A stretch of 64,000 nt of DNA from an uncultured virus (IMG/VR IMGVR_UViG_2049941000_000847) (taxonomy: Duplodnaviria > Heunggongvirae > Uroviricota > Caudoviricetes): the IMG/VR virus record IMGVR_UViG_2049941000_000847; one strand, given 5' to 3'. The position numbers and the translations under genes were made by a program. The first letter of the stretch is position 1. Every line of letters starts with the position of its first letter. Positions 52,664 through 61,789 of the stretch are shown here, piece by piece. The notes under the pieces were generated by a model that worked only from the letters and a program-made list of their open reading frames with translations, ran no database searches and was not told the origin of the DNA.

Positions 52664-53946
52664 ATGCTGAAGGGAATTCAAATTCGAATCTATCCAAACA
52701 AGACCCAGCAGTCCGAAATCCTTCGGACGCTTGGGACTTGCAGATTCATTTGGAATACAGTATTGTCTGATGACATTAAGTCATACAAGGAAACCGGGAG
52801 ATTTGGTCATCGAGACAAGAAGCAATTGAAAACCGACTTCCCGTGGATGGGGGAAGTCGGCGAACAACCGAAGGACAATGTTTTTGTCAACTACAGAAAA
52901 GCGATGAGTAATCGCTTTTCGAAGAAACGGAAGAAGAAGGTCGGGTTTCCTCGCTTCAAGTCGAAGCGAGGAACGGAACGGTATTCGGTTTGTACAACCT
53001 CTTGGTTAAAGGATGGTCGATCCTGCATGGCCAGGATCGACTCAGACAGCAAAATAAAGCTGTCGCGCCTGGGCGAAGTCAAGTTCCGTTCCGGATTCGA
53101 CTTCGAATTCCTAAAGAAACTCAAAGTCAACAAGTACACGATCACTAAAACTTGTTCGGGGAAGTTTTATTGTTCGTTGTTGGTCGATGTTGAAGTTCCT
53201 GCGTTGCCCGCGGCAACGCAGTGCATCGGAGTTGACCTTGGTGTCAAGGACTTTGCCGTCTGCTCAGACGGAAAGAAGTTCGATGGACCTGACTATAAGA
53301 AGATCGATAAGAGGATTGTTTTCCTCCAGAAGAATTTGTCGAGAACCCAGGAGGGTTCTCGAAACAGGGAGAAAGNNNNNNNNNNGTTGCGCATGAGCGC
53401 AAGGCCAACATGAGAAGGGATTTTCTCCAGAAATTATCTTCCAAACTGGTAAACGAGAACCAAGTTATCTGTTTGGAAGATTTGAACGTGCGGGGAATGG
53501 TCAAGAACCATTCATTGGCACGTTCAATTTCTGATCAAGGTTGGAGTGAATTCGTTCGAATGATCGACTACAAGTCTCGTTGGTATGGACGGGAAACGGT
53601 CAAGATTGACCGTTTCTATCCGTCCAGCAAGACTTGTAATCACTGCGGATTCAAAAATTCCAACCTGACATTAGACGATAGAGAATGGACCTGTCCTTCA
53701 TGCGGGAATGTTCTTGACCGCGACATCAACGCGGCCAAGAACATTCTCCGCGAAGGAATAGAGTCATTAACGAACCGAGGGGGACTCGGGGATAGCCTGT
53801 GTAAACTTAGGGAGAAAGTAGACAGCGAAAGCTGTCAAGGATTACCCCCAAATGAGCAGGAAGGCCAGGTCGAAACGCCTAACGGCGTTTCAGACCGGCT
53901 AGGTTATAAACTTAGTTTGACACATGTTGTGGAACTAGGTATATAA
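52664..53946 (+). mobile_element. tnpB: Solo TnpB (IS200/IS605, IS1341-like) RNA-guided endonuclease; frame break coincides with N gap
   Basis: IRIYPN..Q HTH, GFPRFKSK, RuvC GVDLG / LEDL / DRDINAAKNI, Zn finger CNHC..CPSC; no transposase nearby. Confidence 0.9.
53770..53908 (+). ncRNA. Putative TnpB omega/reRNA scaffold
   Basis: Hairpins CCGAG-gggga-CTCGG and GGTC-GAAACGCC-taac-GGCGTTTC-a-GACC overlapping the tnpB 3' end; boundaries approximate. Confidence 0.5.
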
Positions 53947-53979
53947 GTCCCAACTATTAGCAGCAAGACAGGTGCTCTC

Positions 53980-54270
53980 ATGATGAAAAATCGGCAAATT
54001 TTCATGGAATCGATAAGCTCTCTCGGCATAGACAAGGACCTTGTGGATGCCATAGCGGCCATCCACGAAGCCGTTTATGCCAGCGAACCGACTCGGGAAA
54101 ATACCTCAATTCGCTCCAGATTCGTTAAGTCTCTGGAAAGATGCGGAATCGAGCACGCGATGTGCGAGGCGATCGCCGATGTGTATGCTCAGGTTTATGG
54201 GAAGGACCTATCAACGGAACCGACGCATAATCAAGCAAGAGGACCAATATGCATATGTTCGAATACGTGA
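53980..54270 (+). CDS. Small protein made of two copies of the helical leader motif
   Basis: FMESISSLGIDKDLVDAIAAIHEAVY and FVKSLERCGIEHAMCEAIADVYAQVY; TATAAACT at 53905-53912. Confidence 0.6.
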   Translation: MMKNRQIFMESISSLGIDKDLVDAIAAIHEAVYASEPTRENTSIRSRFVKSLERCGIEHAMCEAIADVYAQVYGKDLSTEPTHNQARGPICICSNT

Positions 54271-55907
54271 AAAGGGTGCCTGGACACAAGAACTCCAAAG
54301 GAGAATCGGCTCCTTGGACCATTGTTTCGCACGAAACCGGCAAGATCATATCGTCTCACAAGACGAAGAAGGCCGCCGAAGAACATTTGAAATGGATGGA
54401 CATATACAGCAGAAAGTCCAAATACAAGAAGAAGTCGAAGATGGAAAGCATGATGGAGGAACAGGGTATGGACCAGACTATGGGTGATGAGAATACGTTG
54501 GAAGTATCCGAGGAGCTGAAAAATATGGATAAAAAATACGAACTCACGGATGAGACAATGGAATGGGATTGGCCCGAGACTCATATTCTTCATAGAATCA
54601 GGGCACTCAAGGACTTCTCCACCGCGAACTACGTGATTGGTGACGTGAAGGCCGGGCAACTTGGTGGTTGGGTTGAATCAGAAGACAATCTTAGCCAAAA
54701 AGGAAAATGTTGGGTATCGGGGAATGCAAAGGTATATGGGGGAGCCAAGGTGTACGAAGATGCCTCGGTTATGGGGCAGGCATTAGTTTTTGACAATGCC
54801 AAGGTATACGGTGGCGCGGCTATATACGAAGACGCTGAGATATTTGGCGACGCAAAGGTGCACGGAACGGCCCATGTGTACGGTGGTCGCGAAAGATACA
54901 ATGACTACGATGAACTGCAATATTTTAAAACATTGGTCCATGGTAACGCGGATATTTGTACTGGCGTAATCGGACGCGGAGAAACTGTCACAGAAGTCAA
55001 ACCTCCGTACGGGATATCCATCAAAACCATCGATACGAACGACGATTACGACAATCTCTTCGCCGAATCCATCTCACAGCTCGGCCTAAGCAAGGCGCAG
55101 ATGGAAGCTGTCATGCGCATACACGACATAGCGTACGGAAAGACTCTGCAGGAAGGGCGCATATCTAACGCGCTCGGAGCCGGCGCTCTTGCCGCCATAA
55201 TGGCGACCTCTCCGGCGAATGCGCAGAATCCTTCGGAATACTATAACCGCGGCGCAGAAGTTGCGGGCATCGAAGAACCGGATGCATTGACAGACGAACA
55301 GATACAGGAGATCAACGAAAAAATGAGGGATAAGTATCTGGACGGGATCAATTCCCTCAAGCCGTGGAACGGGGTCGCCGAAGACGTGAACACCGGCGAC
55401 TACAAGTACACGATACGCCCCATCAAAGAAATAGACGACGCCGCTGGCAAGATAAGAGAAAAAATGCGCATGCTTCTCGACATGAACATAGACATCGACG
55501 AGCAGTTGAAGGCAAATGACATCAAACATCTCGACAACTTGCTCGAAGAATGGAAGAGAGATCTGCTTGAAAACATGAATTCGCTTGTCGGGCGGAGCAT
55601 AGACACGGTCGAATGCCGGAACACGTTTGGCATCGGATATGCCGACGACCCAGAGAAGGCGGACGAGATCGCGATAAAGGACGCCATCAAGACGTTCAAG
55701 GACCACAGGCCAATACCGCACGGGTACAAGCTTGTTGTATATCCGGACTTCGCCCGCAAGATCATACATCTTCCGGACGGAATCGGAGAAGGGTATGTCA
55801 AGTATGTGACTGGCGTGGTCGTCCACACCGTGCCGGACAGCGAATACCTTGACGTTCCGGAATACCTAAGAGTAGGAAACATCAGCGAACTGCCGACCAC
55901 CAGGTAA
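54249..55907 (+). CDS. Modular putative head protein: small N-domain, left-handed beta-helix module, leader motif, internal signal-like peptide, C-terminal domain
   Basis: KKYELT..LHRIRALKDF..GGWVESEDNLSQ.G.CWV plus hexapeptide repeats AKVYGG. Confidence 0.75.
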   Translation: MHMFEYVKRVPGHKNSKGESAPWTIVSHETGKIISSHKTKKAAEEHLKWMDIYSRKSKYKKKSKMESMMEEQGMDQTMGDENTLEVSEELKNMDKKYELTDETMEWDWPETHILHRIRALKDFSTANYVIGDVKAGQLGGWVESEDNLSQKGKCWVSGNAKVYGGAKVYEDASVMGQALVFDNAKVYGGAAIYEDAEIFGDAKVHGTAHVYGGRERYNDYDELQYFKTLVHGNADICTGVIGRGETVTEVKPPYGISIKTIDTNDDYDNLFAESISQLGLSKAQMEAVMRIHDIAYGKTLQEGRISNALGAGALAAIMATSPANAQNPSEYYNRGAEVAGIEEPDALTDEQIQEINEKMRDKYLDGINSLKPWNGVAEDVNTGDYKYTIRPIKEIDDAAGKIREKMRMLLDMNIDIDEQLKANDIKHLDNLLEEWKRDLLENMNSLVGRSIDTVECRNTFGIGYADDPEKADEIAIKDAIKTFKDHRPIPHGYKLVVYPDFARKIIHLPDGIGEGYVKYVTGVVVHTVPDSEYLDVPEYLRVGNISELPTTR

Positions 55908-55927
55908 GGAGTGTCACAAAGGAGAAC

Positions 55928-57901
55928 ATGAACATGGAAAAGAAGTACGAATTCACAGATGGAGAAATGGAGTTTGGCGGACACACCCTTCACAGAATTC
56001 GCGCATTGAAATCATTTGACTATGTTTCCGCAGGCGACATTGGTGGCTGGATAGAATCAGAGGACAACCTCAGCCAGGAAGGCGACTGCTGGGTCATGGG
56101 TGAGGCAAAGGTATTTGGAAACGCGAGAGTATATGGAGATGCATGTATCGCCGGAGATGCATGTATATATTTGAACGCAAGAGTTTACGGTGATGCGCTT
56201 GTCGATGACACAGCACAAGTCTATGATAGAGCACAAGTTCATGGAAATGTCGTTGTGGTTGACAACTCTCGCATATATGATATAGCCGAGGTATATGGGG
56301 GAACAGACGACGAGGAAGAAGTTGTTATTAGTGGTGGCGCGCATATATGCGGCAAATCAAAAGTCAACCACAGTGTTTCCGGGGGAACCGTAGAAGAGTA
56401 CCCTGTTGTAGGCGTTACAAAATCAGGAAATGGTCTAAAGTACAAGTTCGCAAATGAAAAGTATTATGAACCAAAGACACGCGTAGACGAGGATGGCCGT
56501 GTCCATACAGTACGTCGAATAATTGCACTTAAGTCTTTTAGAGATGTCGAAAAAGGAACCATAGGTGGATGGATTGAACATGAATATAACCTTAGCCAAG
56601 AGGATGATTGCTGGGTATACGATAATTCAAGTGTATATGGAGACGCATCTGTTTCTGGTAATGCGAAGATCACCGACGGTGCTTCCGTGTTCGGCAATGC
56701 CGAAGTATACGGTTCGGCAATGGTAACAGGAAAAGGTACTCGTGTATATGGAGAAGCCACCGTTCGTGATGTCGCAACGATATGCTATGGAGCGAATGTT
56801 CATGGAGACGCGTTTGTTTGTGGCAACTCGATTGTCGGCGGAACCGGTAAAGATATTTCGGGTGGTATCTTTTCAGGATCGGAAAAAGAACGGAAAAAAT
56901 ATGAGTTGACAAATAGAACGGGGATTATTGATGGACACAAACTCCACCGGATTCGCGCCCTTAAGAACTTCGGCAATGTAGAGAGGGGTGCTATTGGCGG
57001 GTGGATTGAGTCTGAATCAAATTTGAGTCAGGAAGACGATTGTTGGGTCTATTCAAATGCGATGGTGTTTGGAAATGCTGTTGTATCCGGGGATGCGCAA
57101 ATTAGAAACACAGCAAGGGTGTTCGAAAATGCAAAGGTGTATGGAAATGCAATAATCTCCGGCAATGCCCGCATACACGGAATGGCGAATATATGCTATG
57201 ACGTTTCCAAGGGAGACATCACAAAGTCAAAAGAAATTAATAAAAAACGCGATGACAGTGAGCATGATTCCGACGGCAATACGATCGGAGATCTAATCGG
57301 AAAACAAATTAGGGAAAAACTGGTTGAAGAAGAGCCGAATACAGTTAATGAAAGCGTGGACATCGTTAGAGATGTTCTAGGGCTATACGGTCCGCTTGCC
57401 AAGCTGAACGAACCGGTAATGTCCTGGATAAACACGAAGCAGCTGTCCATACGCGAATCAAACGAGGAAATGACTCGTCTCGAAAACGACCTGTACGTTC
57501 TTGGACATGGGATGATACGGTCGTCTCGCTCGTCTTCCATCCTTGAAAGCACGTCTGTTAACACTACGATGGATGAATTCATGGAAGCGGTCGAAGACGC
57601 TTTCCAGAAAGAGGTTGACGAGCAGGACTCGGTCGAGGAACTTGGCGGAGGACCGGCAACGGAAGACATCGTTAAAATCGCCGGAGCCACCATACTTGAG
57701 AAGGCCAAACGCGTGAAGCTGAATTACTTCGACGAGATAACGGACGACAACGTGAATGAATTCAAGGACCTCCTCGAAGACGAGATCGCGGAATCCGACG
57801 GCGAGAACATTGTAACGATAACAAACGTAAACGTCGAAGATGGAAGGACGATCGTAAAAGGACGCCTCATAAACGGTTCATCGTTTAAAATAGAGCTTTA
57901 G
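55928..57901 (+). CDS. Protein with three left-handed beta-helix modules and acidic C-terminus
   Basis: Three copies of KY..-R(I)(R/I)ALK.F-GGWIE.E.NLSQE.DCWV plus hexapeptide repeats; NES and LES sites. Confidence 0.8.
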   Translation: MNMEKKYEFTDGEMEFGGHTLHRIRALKSFDYVSAGDIGGWIESEDNLSQEGDCWVMGEAKVFGNARVYGDACIAGDACIYLNARVYGDALVDDTAQVYDRAQVHGNVVVVDNSRIYDIAEVYGGTDDEEEVVISGGAHICGKSKVNHSVSGGTVEEYPVVGVTKSGNGLKYKFANEKYYEPKTRVDEDGRVHTVRRIIALKSFRDVEKGTIGGWIEHEYNLSQEDDCWVYDNSSVYGDASVSGNAKITDGASVFGNAEVYGSAMVTGKGTRVYGEATVRDVATICYGANVHGDAFVCGNSIVGGTGKDISGGIFSGSEKERKKYELTNRTGIIDGHKLHRIRALKNFGNVERGAIGGWIESESNLSQEDDCWVYSNAMVFGNAVVSGDAQIRNTARVFENAKVYGNAIISGNARIHGMANICYDVSKGDITKSKEINKKRDDSEHDSDGNTIGDLIGKQIREKLVEEEPNTVNESVDIVRDVLGLYGPLAKLNEPVMSWINTKQLSIRESNEEMTRLENDLYVLGHGMIRSSRSSSILESTSVNTTMDEFMEAVEDAFQKEVDEQDSVEELGGGPATEDIVKIAGATILEKAKRVKLNYFDEITDDNVNEFKDLLEDEIAESDGENIVTITNVNVEDGRTIVKGRLINGSSFKIEL

Positions 57902-57917
57902 TCTGAACTACAAATGA

Positions 57918-57953
57918 GAAACGAGCGACAGACACGCCGCTCGTTTTCGTTTT
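57918..57953. terminator. Terminator between convergent genes
   Basis: AAACGAGCG...CGCTCGTTT hairpin with T-rich tail. Confidence 0.6.
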
Positions 57954-57970
57954 GATGGTGGTGTCCGCAC

Positions 57971-58834
57971 TCAGGACTTCATCCACTTCAGCAATTCGTC
58001 TCTGCAAGAATCGTAAGCGGAATTGCCAAGTTCTATCAACTTTGTGATGTTCTTGCTCGAAGCGTCGTCCATTTCGCAATCGACCTTTGGACTAACCCTG
58101 AATACGTTTTCTTCCCCGAGATTGGCGCAAAGCTCAAAGTAATTGGAGTCGCCCGCATTTGCAACGTTCTCGATGAAATACTTTGCCCATTCCAAGAGAG
58201 TTTTATTTCCCTTGTCGCTGTGTTTGAAGACCCCGCCTGTATTGAAACACAGGACTTTGTAGTCTCCGAACTTCGGATACTCCTTTTTGATACCAGACTG
58301 TAGAACCATGCACGGATCGTTACCCCACAACCCCCCGTCGCAATATGATTCTCCGTCCTTCACGACAACATCGAAGTACGTAGGGGCGGAGCAGCTGGTC
58401 AATACCGCGAACCACTTGTCAACGTCCTTGTCTCCCTTGTCCCAGACCTTTTCAACGCTATGTCCATTCATGTGCGTCGTTGGTATGAATACAGGAATCT
58501 TGAATTCCGACATCTTTCCCTTAAGAACGTCCTTTAGAATGTTCTTCAGATTGGTGTTGTCGTATGTCGGGTACTTCGGAAGTATCCGTTTGTATACTGG
58601 GTACTTCGTGAAGATCTTTGAGCCCTTGTTCACATATAGGTCGGTTATCTCTGCGGCGCTCAACCCCTCGGCCAGAGCAGCGGCGATTATGGAACCGGTC
58701 GATGTACCGGAAACCGCTTTTACCTGTTTTGCCATGGATTTTCCTAGATCAGATTCCAGACGCAGGAGGAACTGGGAAACCCAAAGACCTCTAATTCCAC
58801 CGCCATTTACAGAAATACAGAGCTTTTTTGACAT
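57971..58834 (-). CDS. Patatin-like phospholipase
   Basis: GGGIRG, GTSTG, SAPTYF, DGG; TATAAACT at 58860-58867. Confidence 0.92.
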   Translation of the reverse strand: MSKKLCISVNGGGIRGLWVSQFLLRLESDLGKSMAKQVKAVSGTSTGSIIAAALAEGLSAAEITDLYVNKGSKIFTKYPVYKRILPKYPTYDNTNLKNILKDVLKGKMSEFKIPVFIPTTHMNGHSVEKVWDKGDKDVDKWFAVLTSCSAPTYFDVVVKDGESYCDGGLWGNDPCMVLQSGIKKEYPKFGDYKVLCFNTGGVFKHSDKGNKTLLEWAKYFIENVANAGDSNYFELCANLGEENVFRVSPKVDCEMDDASSKNITKLIELGNSAYDSCRDELLKWMKS

Positions 58835-58970
58835 TGAAACCCCTATGTTCTTTGAATTTAGTTTATAGGATCGACCGATTAGCAACGTTCTCTCGAAAAA
58901 TAACCTATATTAAATTCGGAACCGTTGGTACCTGCAGCCTGGAAGGCTTCATGTGCCAGAAGGGGGTTAA

Positions 58971-59981
58971 ATGGCTCAGAAAGAAGTGTCGACAAAGGTG
59001 ATTGAGGAAATCTCCAATAGGATTTTGAACAGCTCTTCCGCCAAGAAGAGCGCTCCGCAGAAGCAGGCGTCTCAGCAGAACGCAATGCCGTCAATGAATG
59101 GAATGGATCTTGACAGCATAAACCGCATCGCGAAGTCGACTCCTCCACCAACGGCTGCTCAGATGCAGGAATATAGCGTACCGTCCGGTGGAGACGAAGA
59201 TGTCGGTATGCTGGAATCTGCCATGTTTGGCGGTGGATCGGATGCGTCGGCTCCGATCTCCATAGACGGGAATCCGGCATTGGCGGCAAGAGCGGCCGCG
59301 GCAAGAGCAAGAAGCCGTCTCAACGAGCAGGCAAGCTACGGTGGCGGTGGCGCTGAAATCTACGGGTCTGGAATAAACATCGACAATATGGACGATGCGA
59401 CAAAGGCCCGTCTGTGTGGGTATGACAACATGCCGCAGGGTCTTTACATCAAGGGCATTGGACATGTGAACAACGTTGCCCAGAACAGGAAAATCGCCGC
59501 GGAAGCGGCCAAGCAGGCTAATGCTTCACGACAGACGCAGGAAGCCAAGCAGACAGGCGTTCAGGTGCAGGCCAAGAAGACGCAGATCCAGCTCAACGCG
59601 CCGGACACCAACATGCCCCCGTACGAAATGCTGATGTACGACGACAGGTACGAGATCTACGTAGACCTCCCAGGTGTTTCTCCTGAGAACCTGAACGTGG
59701 AGTATTCCAATGACGGCTCCCTTGTCGTCTCCGGCACAAGGGAATCGTACGCAACCGGGCGCGAGCCAAAGGATCAGGCCACCGGAAAGAAGAAGCAGAA
59801 AAAGGCCATCCAGCGCATAAGCACGGTGCCAAAGTGCCAGCTAGGCAAGTTTTCGTTCGAGTTCCCGCTAAAGAAGATGGTTGACGAAACCAATATCAAG
59901 GCTGAACTAGACAACGGGATCCTCCACGTGACTCTGCTCCACCGCATAAAGGGCGAAAAGGTGCGGATCGCGTTAATGTAG
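58971..59981 (+). CDS. Hsp20/alpha-crystallin protein with long low-complexity N-terminus
   Basis: YEIYVDLPGV..ENLNV...LVVSG.R...GKFSFEFPL...IKAELDNGILHVTL. Confidence 0.85.
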   Translation: MAQKEVSTKVIEEISNRILNSSSAKKSAPQKQASQQNAMPSMNGMDLDSINRIAKSTPPPTAAQMQEYSVPSGGDEDVGMLESAMFGGGSDASAPISIDGNPALAARAAAARARSRLNEQASYGGGGAEIYGSGINIDNMDDATKARLCGYDNMPQGLYIKGIGHVNNVAQNRKIAAEAAKQANASRQTQEAKQTGVQVQAKKTQIQLNAPDTNMPPYEMLMYDDRYEIYVDLPGVSPENLNVEYSNDGSLVVSGTRESYATGREPKDQATGKKKQKKAIQRISTVPKCQLGKFSFEFPLKKMVDETNIKAELDNGILHVTLLHRIKGEKVRIALM

Positions 59982-60032
59982 GCATCAAAATTATAAACTA
60001 GATATAGCTCGTCCAGATGCCGCGGATTTGGC

Positions 60033-60617
60033 ATGGAGGCCTACATGGAAATGGATTTCGGAACTTTCGAGGGAATCGAAGAAGTTAAAAACATGGCTAA
60101 TTTCCTTGCCAAGTTTGATAGCATCGACACTACTCCCTGCAAACTCACCAAGGAGCAGGAAGCCGTTATGGAAAACATCAACGTGCCGCTCATGGAAGGA
60201 AACGCCTTCTCATGTGCTCTTGAGGGTGGTACACACAACACCACGGACAACGGCAACAAGGAGAAGGTCGGGGCTTCAACAAAAATGGGTGCTACAAGCA
60301 TCTGCGACGCGTGGGATGGAACGGTCGACATGGCCCCGATGGACACGGCCAAGGAAAACGTCTCCAAGGTGACTCGTGTATTCGACAACGAGAACTTCCT
60401 CGACCAGTTCAAGGAAGCCTTCAAGGCTGAACAGGAAAAGAACGTATTTGACGCCAGCAAGAACGTAGGTACTATTGTTAGCCAGGAACCGCTTTCAAGT
60501 TGGGAATTCTACAATCGCGAAACAATAGACAATGGATTCAAGTCCGTTCAGGAAAAGAAGGAAAAAGTCAAGGACTTCGACGAGGTGATGAAGAACTTCC
60601 GTTTCAAGAAGAACTAA
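60033..60617 (+). CDS. Hypothetical late protein
   Basis: TATAAACT at 59992-59999; VMEN, LMEG and ALEG sites. Confidence 0.6.
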   Translation: MEAYMEMDFGTFEGIEEVKNMANFLAKFDSIDTTPCKLTKEQEAVMENINVPLMEGNAFSCALEGGTHNTTDNGNKEKVGASTKMGATSICDAWDGTVDMAPMDTAKENVSKVTRVFDNENFLDQFKEAFKAEQEKNVFDASKNVGTIVSQEPLSSWEFYNRETIDNGFKSVQEKKEKVKDFDEVMKNFRFKKN

Positions 60618-60964
60618 TGCTTTCGGTATCGAACAACAAACCAAGACTCGTCTACGATGCGAACTGCCCGGTTTGCACGAACTATGTAAAACTTCTCAAG
60701 AAGAAGATTTCCGAGCAGAAGCTAGATTATCTGCCATCTACGGCTAAGCTGGAAGATTTCCAGTACGTGAACGCCAAGAACCAGATGTTCAGCGGAAACA
60801 ACGCGATACAGCAGCTTGCAAACGATTTCCCGGCCGTTCTGGACTACGTATGGATGCTCCCAAGCAGCTACAAGGTCCAGGGGCTAAAGGCCGCCTACAA
60901 GATAGGTGGAACGGTTCGCAGGCTGTATAACCGCGTTACACGGCGCAAATGCTGCGGTAGATGA
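60617..60964 (+). CDS. DCC1/DUF393-like thiol-disulfide oxidoreductase
   Basis: LVYDANCPVC (DxxCxxC). Confidence 0.75.
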   Translation: MLSVSNNKPRLVYDANCPVCTNYVKLLKKKISEQKLDYLPSTAKLEDFQYVNAKNQMFSGNNAIQQLANDFPAVLDYVWMLPSSYKVQGLKAAYKIGGTVRRLYNRVTRRKCCGR

Positions 60965-61017
60965 CCGCTGGTGAAACTGGTCTGCCGGATAAATACTATA
61001 TTACATGCGGTAGACCC

Positions 61018-61425
61018 ATGATTACAGAGCCAGAACAGTATATAGAGATAATCGACATCATCACGTCCAACATGTCGACTTTCATGGACAACATGAAAAG
61101 TCCTCCCGAGAACATGGCGAACGAGGTCACTCGCATGGTAGCGAGCGTCATAGAGTTCGAGCAGAATATCGACCCATGGCTTAGGAACTGGTCCGTGTCG
61201 GTTGAAAACGACAGGTACGAAGACGGAGATGCATATGGTCGCATAAAGGTCGTGATAACACATCGCGTTACAAACGGAGACGACAAGGTGTTCACGCTTG
61301 GAGCCGATCAGAAGTACTTCGTCGTTATGCGCGGGTGGTCGGATATGTGGAAGAGCATATATGCGTACCTGGAAGAAGAAGTGAAAATGGTAAAGTCGGA
61401 GATCGAGAATGAGCGAACAAAATGA
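61018..61425 (+). CDS. Hypothetical protein
   Basis: ATG downstream of AAATACTATATT (60991-61002). Confidence 0.55.
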   Translation: MITEPEQYIEIIDIITSNMSTFMDNMKSPPENMANEVTRMVASVIEFEQNIDPWLRNWSVSVENDRYEDGDAYGRIKVVITHRVTNGDDKVFTLGADQKYFVVMRGWSDMWKSIYAYLEEEVKMVKSEIENERTK

Positions 61426-61789
61426 GAGCGTGACCAAAAGACAAGCTGATATTCTAGCAGTTGTGCGTGACGGGCTTGAAACCTCGGTATGCGACATGGA
61501 AAGAATCTGTCAGATGCAGAAAGACGATGTCATAAATACCGTCGTCAATAACATAGGACTTATGATCGAAATGTATGGGCACTTCGACAATGCATTCAAA
61601 TCATGCAAAGTAAAGCTTGGAAGCAGAAAAGGTGGCAAAGCACTTATCGTTTCGTATGATAATTCCGGAAAAGAATCATCGTTTTCCGTTCCTTACTCTG
61701 AAGGTGACGGAAAATGCTATGCGGAGAAGGTGGTGAACGGGATGTTGCAAAGTATAAACAATATAACAGAAGGGGGAACATCGGTATGA
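61409..61789 (+). CDS. Hypothetical protein
   Basis: Coupled ORF. Confidence 0.55.
   Translation: MSEQNESVTKRQADILAVVRDGLETSVCDMERICQMQKDDVINTVVNNIGLMIEMYGHFDNAFKSCKVKLGSRKGGKALIVSYDNSGKESSFSVPYSEGDGKCYAEKVVNGMLQSINNITEGGTSV

Larger units (their letters stand above)
52603..53951. repeat. Perfect 21-bp inverted repeat (52603-52623 and 53931-53951) bracketing tnpB
   Basis: GGGACTTATATACCTAGTTCC and GGAACTAGGTATATAAGTCCC. Confidence 0.9.

Noticed and set aside
53376..53410. Frameshifted or pseudogenised tnpB
   Set aside because: Frame change coincides with a placeholder gap of unknown true length
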